DNA of 63,945 nucleotides, the filler included, from Lenisia limosa (taxonomy: Eukaryota > Protista > Breviatea), in NCBI GenBank assembly GCA_001655205.1. It is 15 parts of 15 records of this genome, joined end to end, with 100 filler letters (N's around TTAATTAATTAA, not from the genome) between each part and the next. Parts side by side here need not be neighbours in the genome. Positions count along the whole stretch, not along the records: positions 1 to 1,404 come from LPNZ01003685.1; positions 1,505 to 2,736 come from LPNZ01001538.1; positions 2,837 to 4,615 come from LPNZ01001764.1; positions 4,716 to 9,842 come from LPNZ01003075.1; positions 9,943 to 32,227 come from LPNZ01002008.1; 10 more parts are not named here. One strand, 5' to 3'. The position numbers and the translations under genes are program-made. Positions 1-11,956 of this stretch are shown piece by piece. Under the pieces are notes generated by a model. That model made no database searches. It saw only the letters and a list, made by a program, of their open reading frames with translations, and was not told the DNA's origin. Every line of letters starts with the position of its first letter. The stretch's first letter is position 1.

Positions 1-208
1 TTTAACCCCCCCCCCCCACGCAGTCTCAATCTCCGCTAATATTAACCTACAACAGCTCCCCTCCCCCAATTACTCACCATGTTTATACTGTCTTTTTTTA
101 CTTTAACAATCCACAGAACTACTTAACCCCTCTCAATATCCGCTAATATTACTCGCTTTCTTGCACCCTACAACAGCCCCCCTCCTCGATTCCTTCTTAC
201 ACCTCCAG

Positions 209-1333
209 GCCCCAGAATCTAATTCTTGTTAACGAGGTGTTTGAGACTCTGCAAGAGTGGGACAGCAGGCTTCAGGCCTTGTTCATGGTACGCTGGGGGG
301 GGGGTTGCTCCTTTTGGAGTGCTTTTTTTAGCCTTTTTTATTTCTCTTCGTAGGCTAGGAAATACAATGAGTTCTTCGAGGTCAAAGAAAAGATGCAATC
401 AATTCTGCTGATTAGAAGGGACCTTCTCCGCCCAGCCTCCACGGTAAGCTTAATTGTCTTTTAGTTTTCCTTCGTGTATGCCTGTTCTTAACTTTTAGGA
501 CGTATTGAAAGAGACCAGAGCGAAGATCCACAGACTCCTTGATGACGGAAGAAGTGCGCTGGAGGGGGGGGGGTAAAATGAAGGAAATTTATGAAACAGA
601 AAAGCTGAAGTAAAACGTAGGAAATTTTGATGAAGAATGTTGGCGTAAAGGTACTAATCACGAACCGAATAATTTGAAGGCATTTTATTTTTACGGGGGG
701 CTATTATTATGTGGTAGTGGAGTATGGGAGGCTTATGGATTAATAATTAATAATTAATGATATGTATATTATGTGATTTAATAACGAATGATTTATGATG
801 AATTATATCATTTAATGAATAATATGATCCTGGGGGGGGGGGGCTNNNNNNNNNNNNNNNNNNNNNNNNNNNNNNNNNNNNNNNNNNNNNNNNNNNNNNN
901 NNNNNNNNNNNNNNNNNNNNNNNNNNNNNNNNNNNNNNNNNNNNNNNNNNNNNNNNNNNNNNNNNNNNNNNNNNNNNNNNNNNNNNNNNNNNNNNNNNNN
1001 NNNNNNNNTCGAATGCATCAGAGGACTGTCGGAGAGTTCTTCGATTCATCTACAGAGAAGGTAGGGATGTTGCTGTTAGATTAGTAAAAGAAAAGGTTGG
1101 AGTTTTTTTTAATATTATTTTTTATCTTTAGATGATGGTTTCTCGGAATGTTTGTTGTTTTGATAACGCTGTAGTTGAAATTATATTGTAAATTTAACTG
1201 TAGCGTCGTGCTCATTTCCCAGAAATGTTCGAGCACAACCGTCCATCAGATATACCTGAGTTACAAGCACTTCCTTGTTAACGTCAATGAGCCTTGCGAA
1301 CTCTTCTTTTCCCTCTGTGACACAGCCGGAAAG
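209..1333 (+). CDS. DOCK180-family guanine exchange factor, DOCK_N region (partial, spliced)
   Basis: Spliced exons read VNEVFETLQEWDSRLQALFMARKYNEFFEVKEKMQSILLIRRDLLRPASTDVLKETRAKIHRLLDDGRSALE and VHQIYLSYKHFLVNVNEPCELFFSLCD, resembling the DOCK1-5 N-terminal region from memory. Most junctions have GT-AG signals in consistent phase; the donor after 563 falls in a G homopolymer and is unresolved. Confidence 0.8.
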
Positions 1334-1369
1334 GTGGGTAGTCGTTTTTTCTCATTCTTGAGGCATCTG

Positions 1370-1372
<3 letters not shown>

Positions 1373-1404
<32 letters not shown>
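1373..1404. repeat. (CT)n microsatellite at contig end
   Basis: Direct reading of ctctctct... up to the linker. Confidence 0.95.
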
Positions 1405-1504
1405 NNNNNNNNNNNNNNNNNNNNNNNNNNNNNNNNNNNNNNNNNNNNTTAATTAATTAANNNNNNNNNNNNNNNNNNNNNNNNNNNNNNNNNNNNNNNN
1501 NNNN
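1405..1504. other. Artificial contig linker, first of 14. TTAATTAATTAA cores at 1449, 2781, 4660, 9887, 32272, 35211, 39454, 41888, 45754, 48318, 52203, 54661, 58730, 62820
   Basis: Identical N44-TTAATTAATTAA-N44 blocks with stops in all six frames. Confidence 0.98.
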
Positions 1505-2600
1505 GTTCTTCATCAAAAACTGGGAGTAAATCATGAGAGTTCAAATTTGTTAAACAGTAAACATTATTCCCACATTCATCATCACATACCTCTGCTATCA
1601 GCCAAAGCGCCCTGGAGTATACAACAGTAATGTTGACACTCAAGGATGCCAAGCCTTAAAAAAAAACAGTCCCAGCCACGCCCACCTTGCAGCAGCAGTT
1701 TCTGTTGCAAGTGGCCTTCGGAATATCTTGCGTGGAGCAGATGGCTTTCGACCCTTTATCGCAGAAGAAGCCGGGCAGTTGGGAGGGAGTAGAACGGGGG
1801 GCTGCAAGGTGATGATGGGGATATTGACATCGTGATATTGTCTCGGCTTACGATGTGAAATCCCGGAGCTATCAAGTCCACCGCCGCGGATGTGTTGTTG
1901 ATGACAAGATCACTGTCCATCGTTGACATGATTCTGCAAAATGGCAAAAGGTGCTCTACTGTTGTATTAGTCCTTCTTTCTCATTTTGCCACCATCTAAA
2001 ATCTTATATTGTTCTCATTTGGGTGCAAGAGGGATTAAATAATGGTGAAAAAACAGACACACTTTAATGCAATAGATTTAACTAATGCAAACTTTAAACC
2101 TGTCTGCTAATAAAAAATTGAAAAGGAATTTGCCAGGTGCCTTAGAGATCTCGTTTAAGGATGTTTAAACGCGATGTATATCTGGATGTCGCGAAAGGCA
2201 ATCTGTCGTTCGGAACAGCTACCTCTTACTTGAAGTAAGGCCTCTTCATTTCCTTCCTCCTGACTATACATCTAGATTTTCTCGTTTAGCAGGCTTCCGG
2301 TACGACGCAGAGCACGTCTCCACCTGCTGCAGGTAAACCTTCCCATTTATTTTCCCCTAACTCTTAAAGCTATGTCCTCAACTCCTACTTTCCCTCTTGG
2401 AGGCTTGACGCAGAAGAATGTTTGTGGGTCTTTACGTTTGAAACCAACCTGTTTCTCTTCCTTTGTTTTGATTTTTCTGTCCATAATCACTCTATAGTCC
2501 TTTCAATCAAGAGGCAGTTTGTGATAGCGCTTCTTCACCTTGGGAACTACAAAGCTGCCCATGTAAGGGATGTTGACAGTGGTCACTGTAAACGTCATTT
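1505..2600 (+). CDS. Hypothetical spliced gene fragment
   Basis: Several GT-AG-bounded open exons (PSHAHLAAAVSVASGLRNILRGADGFRPFIAEE; GFRYDAEHVSTCC; RQFVIALLHLGNYKAAH). No family recognised; frames uncertain. Confidence 0.35.
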
Positions 2601-2836
2601 TATGTTATTTTTAAGTGCCGTCTCCAGTCTGTTGAATGCTTAATCCTCGCTTCAAGCACTTATTATTATTCCTTGATTGGGTGAATTATTATTATACTAT
2701 AACCCAGTATCTCCTATAAGCGTGATGATGTGGACGNNNNNNNNNNNNNNNNNNNNNNNNNNNNNNNNNNNNNNNNNNNNTTAATTAATTAANNNNNNNN
2801 NNNNNNNNNNNNNNNNNNNNNNNNNNNNNNNNNNNN

Positions 2837-4104
2837 GCTAGAATATGACATTGACGAGATCTTTGACGTGCCGCCCGCCTCCGTCCCAGCCTCTCTCAGC
2901 TGCATCACACTCACATCATCACCATTCGATCTCTCCGAATCCAGTCTCATGCGGCCGCCGTCATGTTCCGACGTTTTGACCCGCAAGGCAAACCTGTCAG
3001 AAATCCAAAACCTGCCAAATCGCGCCACACCAGTGACTGCGGGGCTGGAGAGGTTCATTTTCGCTTTGGACCAGGGTTTCATTCCAGAGGTCCACCAAAC
3101 CAGGTAGGACTCTGGGCTCCTCGAAGTGATCTTAACATTGAATCTGAATATTTCCTTGTGTTCCTCTTTGTGACACCCTCAATTGTGTTTAGGGCTTCAC
3201 TTCTGTTCGAAAAATACCAGTAAAATACCGTAGTTTTCGAGGATTTATCCAGAAATTCAATCTTTTTCCGAACCGAAGTGAAGCCTCAATTGTGTTACTC
3301 TGTCAATCTTCAAATTATCACTACGAAGGGAGGCGATATCGGAGCTTCTTCTTACGCCAAGGGGTCCCACCAAACGACCCCGTGCTGCTGGTAAACCAAA
3401 ACCGCCAAAAACGTCCACCTATCAAGTGGCTAGTGGTGAGAGGTAACAAGAAAAGAAAAACCTATTAATATGACGGCTTCGGCCAGATACGACCTATTTT
3501 TTTTTATTTCTCATTGCTATCTATCTACGATGGGGGGATTTTGGAGCAAAAGCCCTTGCCCATTTCAGAATTTCTTGGATTTACCAATTTTGTTCTTTGG
3601 TTTTCTCGTTTTAATTGAAGACGATCTTCCCATTGATCATAGATACCGTATTTCACCACCCAGGCTCCAGTGCCGCTCCCTTTGTACCCCCCAAGCCCAA
3701 GCTGACGGAGAGTGACCTGAGTCCGTTGACCACCGAGCCTGATGACGGCGTCGTTTTGAGGCCAGCGGAACTCTGTACTAAGATGCCCGCCTGTTGGGAG
3801 GGGTGTCTTTTTTTCCTTTTCTTCTTCGATTCAGTGTAAAAGATAAAGCTGTGGTGAATTATTATTAAATCATGATAAAAAACCTCATATCAAGGTGATG
3901 TTCCCAGCCCCTCTCAATAATGCTCTTCCTCTCAATTTTTTTTTTGTTTGTTTTTAGATTTTTGTTTTTACTCAGCCACCCGAATAGTCATTTACCTTCA
4001 TTTTTAATTCCGCCAGCAACCAAGGTCAGAGGAGGCATTTGTGTAGTCAAGATCTGCAACAACCTTCTCTCACTACCTATCACCATTGGAGGCGCACAGA
4101 AAGT
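2837..4104 (+). CDS. Hypothetical spliced gene fragment
   Basis: GC-richer open exons (2837-3102, about 3620-3800, about 4020-4104) separated by T-rich introns with plus-strand donors. The minus strand also has open frames. Confidence 0.35.
3190..3288. mobile_element. MITE family 1 (hAT-like, about 90-100 bp, TAGGGCTTCACTTCGG...CCGAAGTGAAGCCCTA), best copy. About 30 copies in the window, e.g. 9661, 10074, 12840, 12940, 13603, 14448, 14551, 16192, 16419, 17036, 39511, 47518, 53208, 53299, 53395, 55206, 56563
   Basis: Imperfect palindrome with TIRs. 8-bp direct repeat ATTGTGTT at 3182-3189 and 3289-3296. TAGGG termini with an 8-bp TSD are characteristic of hAT (Ac/Ds-like) elements. Confidence 0.85.
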
Positions 4105-4715
4105 AGGGCTCTGGGCACACACATCGATCGCATTGATATCGTTGTTTTGTTTAAGACTCTGATAAAGGTATCATAATAACCGGTGTTCTTGTTTTTATTT
4201 CTCATATCTATGATTTATAATAACCGACGTATACGTAATATAATATTATGATACATGTGGTTTACATATCGAAATTATGTTGTACCAACCAAACGAAAGG
4301 ATAAAAAAAGGTCCCACCAAGTGTATCAGAGTTTTTTTTTTAGTTTGATAAGATCTCACGAGTTGATATGAGGTGTCGTATCTGTGTGAAAAATGACATA
4401 TTCACCTCAATAGTTCTTAAAAAGTGATTTTTGCCTCCAATAATCACACTAACCATTCATGAAACTGTCTCTTGTGGAAGATTTTTCAATTTGACCTGTT
4501 TAGATCTTAAGTCTTGGCAAAGTCGATTTGACACGCGAGGTTTGCAGATAACTATTAGAGCTTTTTTTTATTCACTATCCTTTCAACTCGACACATAGAA
4601 AGCAGTTTTTGTTACNNNNNNNNNNNNNNNNNNNNNNNNNNNNNNNNNNNNNNNNNNNNTTAATTAATTAANNNNNNNNNNNNNNNNNNNNNNNNNNNNN
4701 NNNNNNNNNNNNNNN

Positions 4716-7700
4716 GGCATTAGCGTTGGCGTAAATGATGACCAAAAGCGCATGGAAAGGCGCCAGCGCCAAAACATCCGTCAGTCCCCTCATTGTCGGG
4801 AAGTGAGCGACCGGCCCAACCTGGAGGGGGGGTCATAATAGCGGTTAAAAATCGCTTTCCTGGGGGTGCGAGGGAGTCAAAAGACAACAACCATACTCAT
4901 AAACCAAGACTCCCCTTCTCTGTATTCTCTGTATCTTGTACAATAAAATGGTACCAGAAAGCAAGGCTGAATCCACCAGGCATGGTAATTTGTTTATGGT
5001 ATCCCTATGTATTTATTTGTTTCCCTAGATTTCTAATGTNNNNNNNNNNNNNNNNNNNNNNNNNNNNNNNNNNNNNNNNNNNNNNNNNNNNNNNNNNNNN
5101 NNNNNNNNNNNNNNNNNNNNNNNNNNNNNNNNNNNNNNNNNNNNNNNNNNNNNNNNNNNNNNNNNNNNNNNNNNNNNNNNNNNNNNNNNNNNNNNNNNNN
5201 NNNNNNNNNNNNNNNNNNNNNNNNNNNNNNNNNNNNNNNNNNNNNNNNNNNNNNNNNNNNNNNNNNCGTTAGATACACCCAGATGACAGCCCATATCGAA
5301 GAACTAAGAGATAGTAGATAGTAGATGTTACAAACACTCAAAATGAACATCGGATCATTTCTGCCATATTGTAATACATCTTGAGAACTACAGCACCACA
5401 CGTGTATTATCCAATGTAGAATGAAGATTCTCAAGATATGGCAAGGACTTCGTTAAGATAGCTATACACGGTCATGTTCATCAGATCGAGTCATATGCCT
5501 TGCAACACTATACACTGTATTCGTAAATAGTCGCTATCATTCAAATAAGAAGAAATTCAATAAAAACATGAAAGAGGCTCTCTATCCACTATAAGTCCTG
5601 ACACGGATACTGAGCTTTATCTTTGTCAATCGTGTCAAGACTTATCGCGGCCAGTGTACTATGTATAGATCAGACGCGCTATAGATATCCGCACGAATAC
5701 CTCGAATTCCGAAGATGTGTAACGAGGGAAGTAAGGCATAAACGGCTGTTCACTTTTGCTCTGAAGAGAGAACTGGCCTGATTGCTGAGTAAAAACAACA
5801 GGTTCCTCGATCGTCGAAACTTTACAAAGGGGCAGGTGGGGGGGGGGGGGNNNNNNNNNNNNNNNNNNNNNNNNNNNNNNNNNNNNNNNNNNNNNNNNNN
5901 NNNNNNNNNNNNNNNNNNNNNNNNNNNNNNNNNNNNNNNNNNNNNNNNNNTTTTGAAAAATAAAAAATAAGATTTCTGATGTATATTTTCTCTTGTTCAA
6001 AAAAACGGTCATAATATTACCACCTCACCTTCATGCGTAATATCAGCCTCGGTATACTGGGCAACTTCCTTCAGTATCCGCTCGAAACTTGGGTGGTCCG
6101 TCAGGTTGCGGGGGAGGCAATCCATCACCTGACTGCGAAGGGGGAGGGGGAGTAAACTGGGACAATTGTTGAAAGCTAATAGGGAACATAGAGATGTTAA
6201 AAACAACAAACTTGGAGCAGGAAAGTCTCTTGTCTGGGGTGTGTGATATATGGTGGAAAGGGGATTGGAAAATTTATGAAAAAAAAAAGCTCAAAATCAA
6301 CTCTGTTGGCGGACAACACCGCAAGGGTTAATAACAACAAAACAAACAAGGTCAAGGCCAGTCGCTTCTGCAGCACAGCATCCATCACTCCTTAAACCAA
6401 GGACATTTTGATGAAGAAAACAATGGCAGTAATCAATATTGGCCAAACATTGACACACAAAGACTCATTTGCCTTATAACTCTGTGCACACAGCTTCCTG
6501 CGTGTCTTCCCAGCATAATACCTATAGGTCATGGATTTCAGGACCATTCTATGGAACACCTCGTGTCTCATGTTGTCTTCCTGGGTTGTGAGTGGTGAAA
6601 AGCTGCATCAATTACCATTTTCGTTTTTGTGCTTCATCATCAAATTAACGCCCTTTCACTTTTGTGTTTCATTAATTTCTAATACCCCTCTCTCTATATA
6701 TAGTAACCAATAAACACGACACCCTCCTGAACCCCTCTCCCCAGAATAAANNNNNNNNNNNNNNNNNNNNNNNNNNNNNNNNNNNNNNNNNNNNNNNNNN
6801 NNNNNNNNNNNNNNNNNNNNNNNNNNNNNNNNNNCTGCAATGTCAGATGCATGACGTAGGCAAAGAAAAGACAAACGTTGATGTTTCTGATTTTTAATAA
6901 TATTTCTGATGTGTAATATTAAGGATTAAATAAAATTCTTGAGTGCAAAATCCAATATCCCCCCTGCCCTCCTCGCACCTGTAAGAAATCCTCCAAGGCG
7001 GAAATGTTGGTAGCTGGTACTGGTGTGAGCATGGGACCTTCAGACAATCTTGGTTCCCATGACCTTACAATGCACTCTGAGGGGGAGGGCGGAGTAAAAC
7101 GAAGGAAATTTCGATGAAGATTATTGGCGTAAAGGTTCTAATCACGAACCAAATAATCTAAAACTCCAAACAAACACAAAAAAAATGAACAAGCAATAAC
7201 AAACACGAGCAACGAACGCTAAAACTATAAAAAACAGATGACAAAAACACAAAAGCAAAAACAAGCCCGAGCCATCCTTTGAAGAGTCCCACCACCGCTT
7301 GATCGGGGTAAAATTGGATTTAAACAAATAGGCCCAAAAATCAACTATGTTGGCAGACGAGGGTTGATAAGCCAGTCGCTTCTGCAGCACCGCATCCCAT
7401 CATCGCATTCCATCACCCATATTGAGAATATATATCAAAGTACAGAAATATTAAAAGACTTTTGAGATTGTTACACGTAAAGAACTCACACCTGGAGCTG
7501 TTGACAGCAGCTGGAGGTTTGAGAAGGAATGTACACTCGGCACCTTACGGACCCTTCCACGTGGTGACTCAGTGAAGCCATAGCTAGGGAAAGGGGGTAA
7601 ATAGGAAATTTTCTTTAACAAAAAAAAACGCATAAAATCACCTCAGTTGGCTGGCAACACACAAGGGTTGATAACAANNNNNNNNNNNNNNNNNNNNNNN

Positions 7701-9842
7701 NNNNNNNNNNNNNNNNNNNNNNNNNNNNNNNNNNNNNNNNNNNNNNNNNNNNNNNNNNNNNNNNNNNNNNNGGTGGAACAATTGAAAAACACACAGGCTG
7801 AAAACAAAAAAAAATGGAGCACAGAAGTATGGTAATTTGTTTAAGGTGTCCCTATATCTTTATTTGTTTCCCTATATTTCAAATTTATATCATTTATCTT
7901 GTCAAAAAGGGTAAGTAAAAACCCAAGGATACATGGGGGGCATTGATGGAAACAACAAAATAAGGGGGATTGGTAATTTGTTTCTGGTATCCCCATGTAT
8001 TTATTTATTTGTTTCCCTAGATTAGGGGGCAATAAGACGAAATAGACAGAGAACAAAATCCACAAAAAGACCCTTACTCACCTAGGCGGCATGGGTGACC
8101 TTGAACGTGATCTGGACCTGGGAAGTTAATAGGAAATGGATGAAGGACGTTTGGATAGAGGTTGTCATACAAAACAAAGAGAAATTACAAAAGCATGAAA
8201 CCACTCAAAAAACAAACTCGCATTATACCTCTATATCCCCCACCTCGCCAGATAACCTTTCACCCTCCCCCACAGGTGTTTGTTACTTCCTGTTATTTTT
8301 GTGGTATCTTTGGAGTTTCAGATTATTTGGTTCGTGATGAGTAGTACCTTCACACCAATATTCTTCGCCGAAATCCCCCTCCTCCCCACCTAGACCGCTG
8401 ATGGCTTGAATGGCGGCTCCTTCGGTCCGTTGCCTTGATCTGGATAGGTTATTTCCGTCTTCGCAAGAACAATAATATACATTAGAAATCTATTGGTTGA
8501 ACAGGTGACCTGCCATTCTTGCTAAATCTATAGCCCCCATCCCCCGACCTTTCTAGTAGGCGGCAGTTGAGCAAGAGGGGACTCCGACACGATTCCAAAC
8601 TCTTGAGCCAGGAACACGAAAACTGCGGAGTGAGAGCATTTGTATAATGAATATTATTTTGGTTCCCTAACTTTGTAATGAATATCAAGCCATCATTAAT
8701 CCAGAATCTACACCACTTTATGATGACCCCCTCCCCCCTCTAACACGTCCAGTGACCGGGATAAGTCTTGACTGACTTTCCTTGGGAAATCACATAGCAA
8801 ATCGGTCAGGACTTATCCCGGTCACTGTACATAGCACCCCTCTGACATGGAGAAGCACCGTGACAGACACAGGCAATTTGGAGCAGGAGAATATCGAGAT
8901 CGAAGCCCTAAGGATTAATAAACATGTTAAAATGGATTAATAAACAGGATAGATGGATCATTAGAAATGTTGTTGCGATTCATAGAAATTCGGTTTAGAT
9001 TGATTAATACATTTAGTTAAAATGGACTAATTATAAATTATGATGGCATGTATTAAAAAAAAAAAAAACTACTTAGATTCCAATAAATAATACTTGGATG
9101 GAAGAATTCTAAATTATAGGTGAGCTAGAAGATAAATCAAAGTCCATGATTTGAGAAGCCCTTATCAACCCCCTCACCTGGTATACGCAAATGCCCGAGC
9201 AACGGTAGAGGAAGGCTTGCTGTAATACACTGTGTCCGTTGCGCTTCCACTGTCCTCCTGTCAGTGTAAATTGCAATCGTATTAGCGTGGATTGGCATGA
9301 ATAAATGTACATTACAATCATATAAACGTGAATTGGCACGAAATAAACGCTTGTTTATGGTATCCTCATGTAAATGGATTTCTCAATTATCACATAGCCT
9401 TAAATGGCAAGGGTCCAAAAAGATCACGGAAATATCCACTTACTTGTTTCCCTTTTTTTATCAAAGCATACGATATTATTCTCTCTCAAATGACATTATC
9501 CCCGCACCTCTTATTTCGGACACCATCGACAACAGTCGGGCAATTGGTCTGGACACCCGGAGGAGATAGTCGGGAGGGAGCGTGGAGGGAAGGAAAACTC
9601 CGGGCTGGACTGGGTCAAATCCGCCATGCAACAGAAGGGGAAGGCATAATGATGGTTCAAAATAAGACTGAATTTCTCGATAAATCCTCGATACCTATCG
9701 ATATTTTATCCGTTTTATTCGAATCGAAGTGAAGCCCTCTAACCTCGTAACCGGCTTCAATGGCGATTTTGAGGAATGTGGCGAGTGAGCGGTGGAGTGG
9801 ATGGTGGAAGGAATGGCTGTACTCGGAGAGCGACGCGTTGGG
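4716..9842 (-). CDS. UBR1/2/3-type N-recognin E3 ubiquitin ligase, central region (partial, spliced)
   Basis: Exons give HSFHHPLHRSLATFL, GGQWKRNGHSVLQQAFLYRC, MRHEVFHRMVLKSMTY, SQVMDCLPRNLTDHPSFERILKEVAQY and GQFSLQSKSEQPFMPYFPRYT, in the order of the conserved UBR1-3 blocks including the winged helix. Confidence 0.8.
7080..7410 (-). mobile_element. Repeat family 2 (intron-resident, acceptor-terminating), long composite copy
   Basis: Sense reading GATGGGATGCGGTGCTGCAGAAGCGACTGGC...GTTGATTTT...TTCGTGATTAGAACCTTTACGCCAAT..CTTCATCGAAATTTCCTTCGTTTTACTCC..CCCTCAG ends exactly at a UBR exon acceptor. About 20 related copies in the window. Confidence 0.8.
8750..8827. mobile_element. MITE family 3 (Tc1/mariner-like, about 80 bp). 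Other copies 13245-13319 and 54017-54096; partial at about 5640 and 11176
   Basis: 18-bp TIR CAGTGACCGGGATAAGTC / GACTTATCCCGGTCACTG. The copy at 54017-54096 is flanked by TA on both sides. Confidence 0.75.
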
Positions 9843-10262
9843 NNNNNNNNNNNNNNNNNNNNNNNNNNNNNNNNNNNNNNNNNNNNTTAATTAATTAANN
9901 NNNNNNNNNNNNNNNNNNNNNNNNNNNNNNNNNNNNNNNNNNGGTTTTGGGGGTAACAGGGAGGTCGAAAGTGCCAAGGGACTACTGATTACAATTAAAT
10001 GCTTTGTACATGATCGAGTAGTCCACTGTACATTTGAGTGTTACTGGAGAGCGATTGCATACAACGTGTTAGAGAGGGTTTCACTTCGGTTCGAAAAAAG
10101 ACTGGATTTCTTAAATCCTCGAAAACTTTCGATATTTTTTTGAATCGAAGCGAAGCCCTAATTATAGGGTATGGGTATTTGTCGTTTTTTTGATGTTTTA
10201 TCGATTTTATCTGGGTTTACTTCTGTAAGGGTTTATCGGTCTTTAATATTTACGGCACATAG

Positions 10263-11044
10263 GCTTGCAAGTCACACAGAGCCCCGCATCTCATCAAGAA
10301 GAAGAAGAACATTCTCATTTCCACCACTGGAGGTAAGCGGCCGGGGGAGCTTGTTTATCGAAGATTCGTCGAGTCTTTTTGGAGCATAAAGTGAAGCCAG
10401 GTTCTTCATGCCAAAGAGATTCTTGATTTATCAAGGTTTTATCGATAACTACTGGGGTTTGATTTAACAGGTTTTTTTAGATATCATATACACGTATGTA
10501 CTGTTTAGCAGGATTTTTTTACAAAATGAGGGCATTATAATCACATCAAGATCACTCATAGCCCTGGTTCCTCCCGGTTTCGATTAACGGGAGTGAAGCT
10601 TTTATTATTACACGAAAGATAAAATCACATATAACCACAGTTCTTATCAAGATGTCACATATAACATCATTTGATAACACTATTACCACAATTTTCATTA
10701 GCACCAGACAAAATGCGAACATAAAAATAGATCTATCACAATTTGACAAAATGTGCGCTTTAATGAAAGCAAATTTCTCACAATTCAGACAAAATGGGTC
10801 GCATCCACGTTGGACGCCAAGATATTCAGGAGCTCGGTCGCAAAACCAAGAGACTCAAGGTGGGGGGGGGGGGNNNNNNNNNNNNNNNNNNNNNNNNNNN
10901 NNNNNNNNNNNNNNNNNNNNNNNNNNNNNNNNNNNNNNNNNNNNNNNNNNNNNNNNNTTGTATAACATGTAACTCTCCATTTAGGCTCTTCGTATGTCCA
11001 GAGAAGAGGTTCTGGAAAATGCTGCCAAAAAGAAGGACGAGTAG
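10263..11044 (+). CDS. RPF2: Ribosome production factor 2 (Brix domain), C-terminal exons
   Basis: ACKSHRAPHLIKKKKNILISTTG-DKMGRIHVGRQDIQELGRKTKRLK-ALRMSREE...* matches the RPF2 C-terminal KKKKN...GRIH...QD...K.LK motif. Confidence 0.85.
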
Positions 11045-11956
11045 TTTTGCCTGGTTTTTCCATTCCCAAAGGCTTGCCTCAAGTTTCATCCCTTTTCTGT
11101 GTTATCGTCTCGCGTTTCAAATAGAGGTTTTCACATTTCAGGATTTGGAATGATGATGGCAAGTTTTGGTGTCAGGACTTATCGCGGTCAGGGTATACAT
11201 ATCGATATATCGATTCCATAAAGTAGACCATCCCCTGTCACTTCCTTTCACCGTCACTCGGGATGATTCACTAAAGCCCCAATTATCCGATATCATATTG
11301 GGTGTACACATTGTATATCATAGATAGATATAAATCAGAGGAAACCGAGATACAATCCAAGATTATCCATTTTTAACTTTCCATTTCTATGGCTTAGAAA
11401 ATGGGGGTCTCATGCTTCTTCAGGATTGTAAGCCTTTTAACAGGGCTTCACTTTGGACCGAAAAGGAATGTCACTAATTTACATATTTTCGAGAAATTTG
11501 CAAATTAACAAAAAAAAATCCAAAAGAATCAACAGTAAATTATCTCCTTTCTACCTTTCTATTGGGGAAGAAAAATCAGAGAAAACTATATGAGGGTTGT
11601 ATGAGGGAGAAGAGGCAAAACACACTTTCCATAAAAGGAAAATGAAAATGAACCTGTATTTTTCATGGGCACAACACGTAAATCTTCTCTCCTCAGTGAG
11701 AGATTTTGACTTGTTGGCCACTTTTTTTGACTTCCACTANNNNNNNNNNNNNNNNNNNNNNNNNNNNNNNNNNNNNNNNNNNNNNNNNNNNNNNNNNNNN
11801 NNNNNNNNNNNNNNNNNNNNNNNAATCTGCCAATTGACAATTGTTTGTTTCTTGGGTTTTCTACATCCCCAGAATTATATTGCATTTAAGTTCCAGTTTC
11901 TCTTGTTTGCTGCAACTGTCCCTGCAACTCGTCCCTCGTCTTGTGTTTGATCACAG

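Noticed and set aside
6009-6209. Protein kinase subdomain XI (DCLPRNLTDHPSFERILKE)
   Set aside because: Neighbouring exons place it in the UBR winged-helix region, and no other kinase motifs are present.
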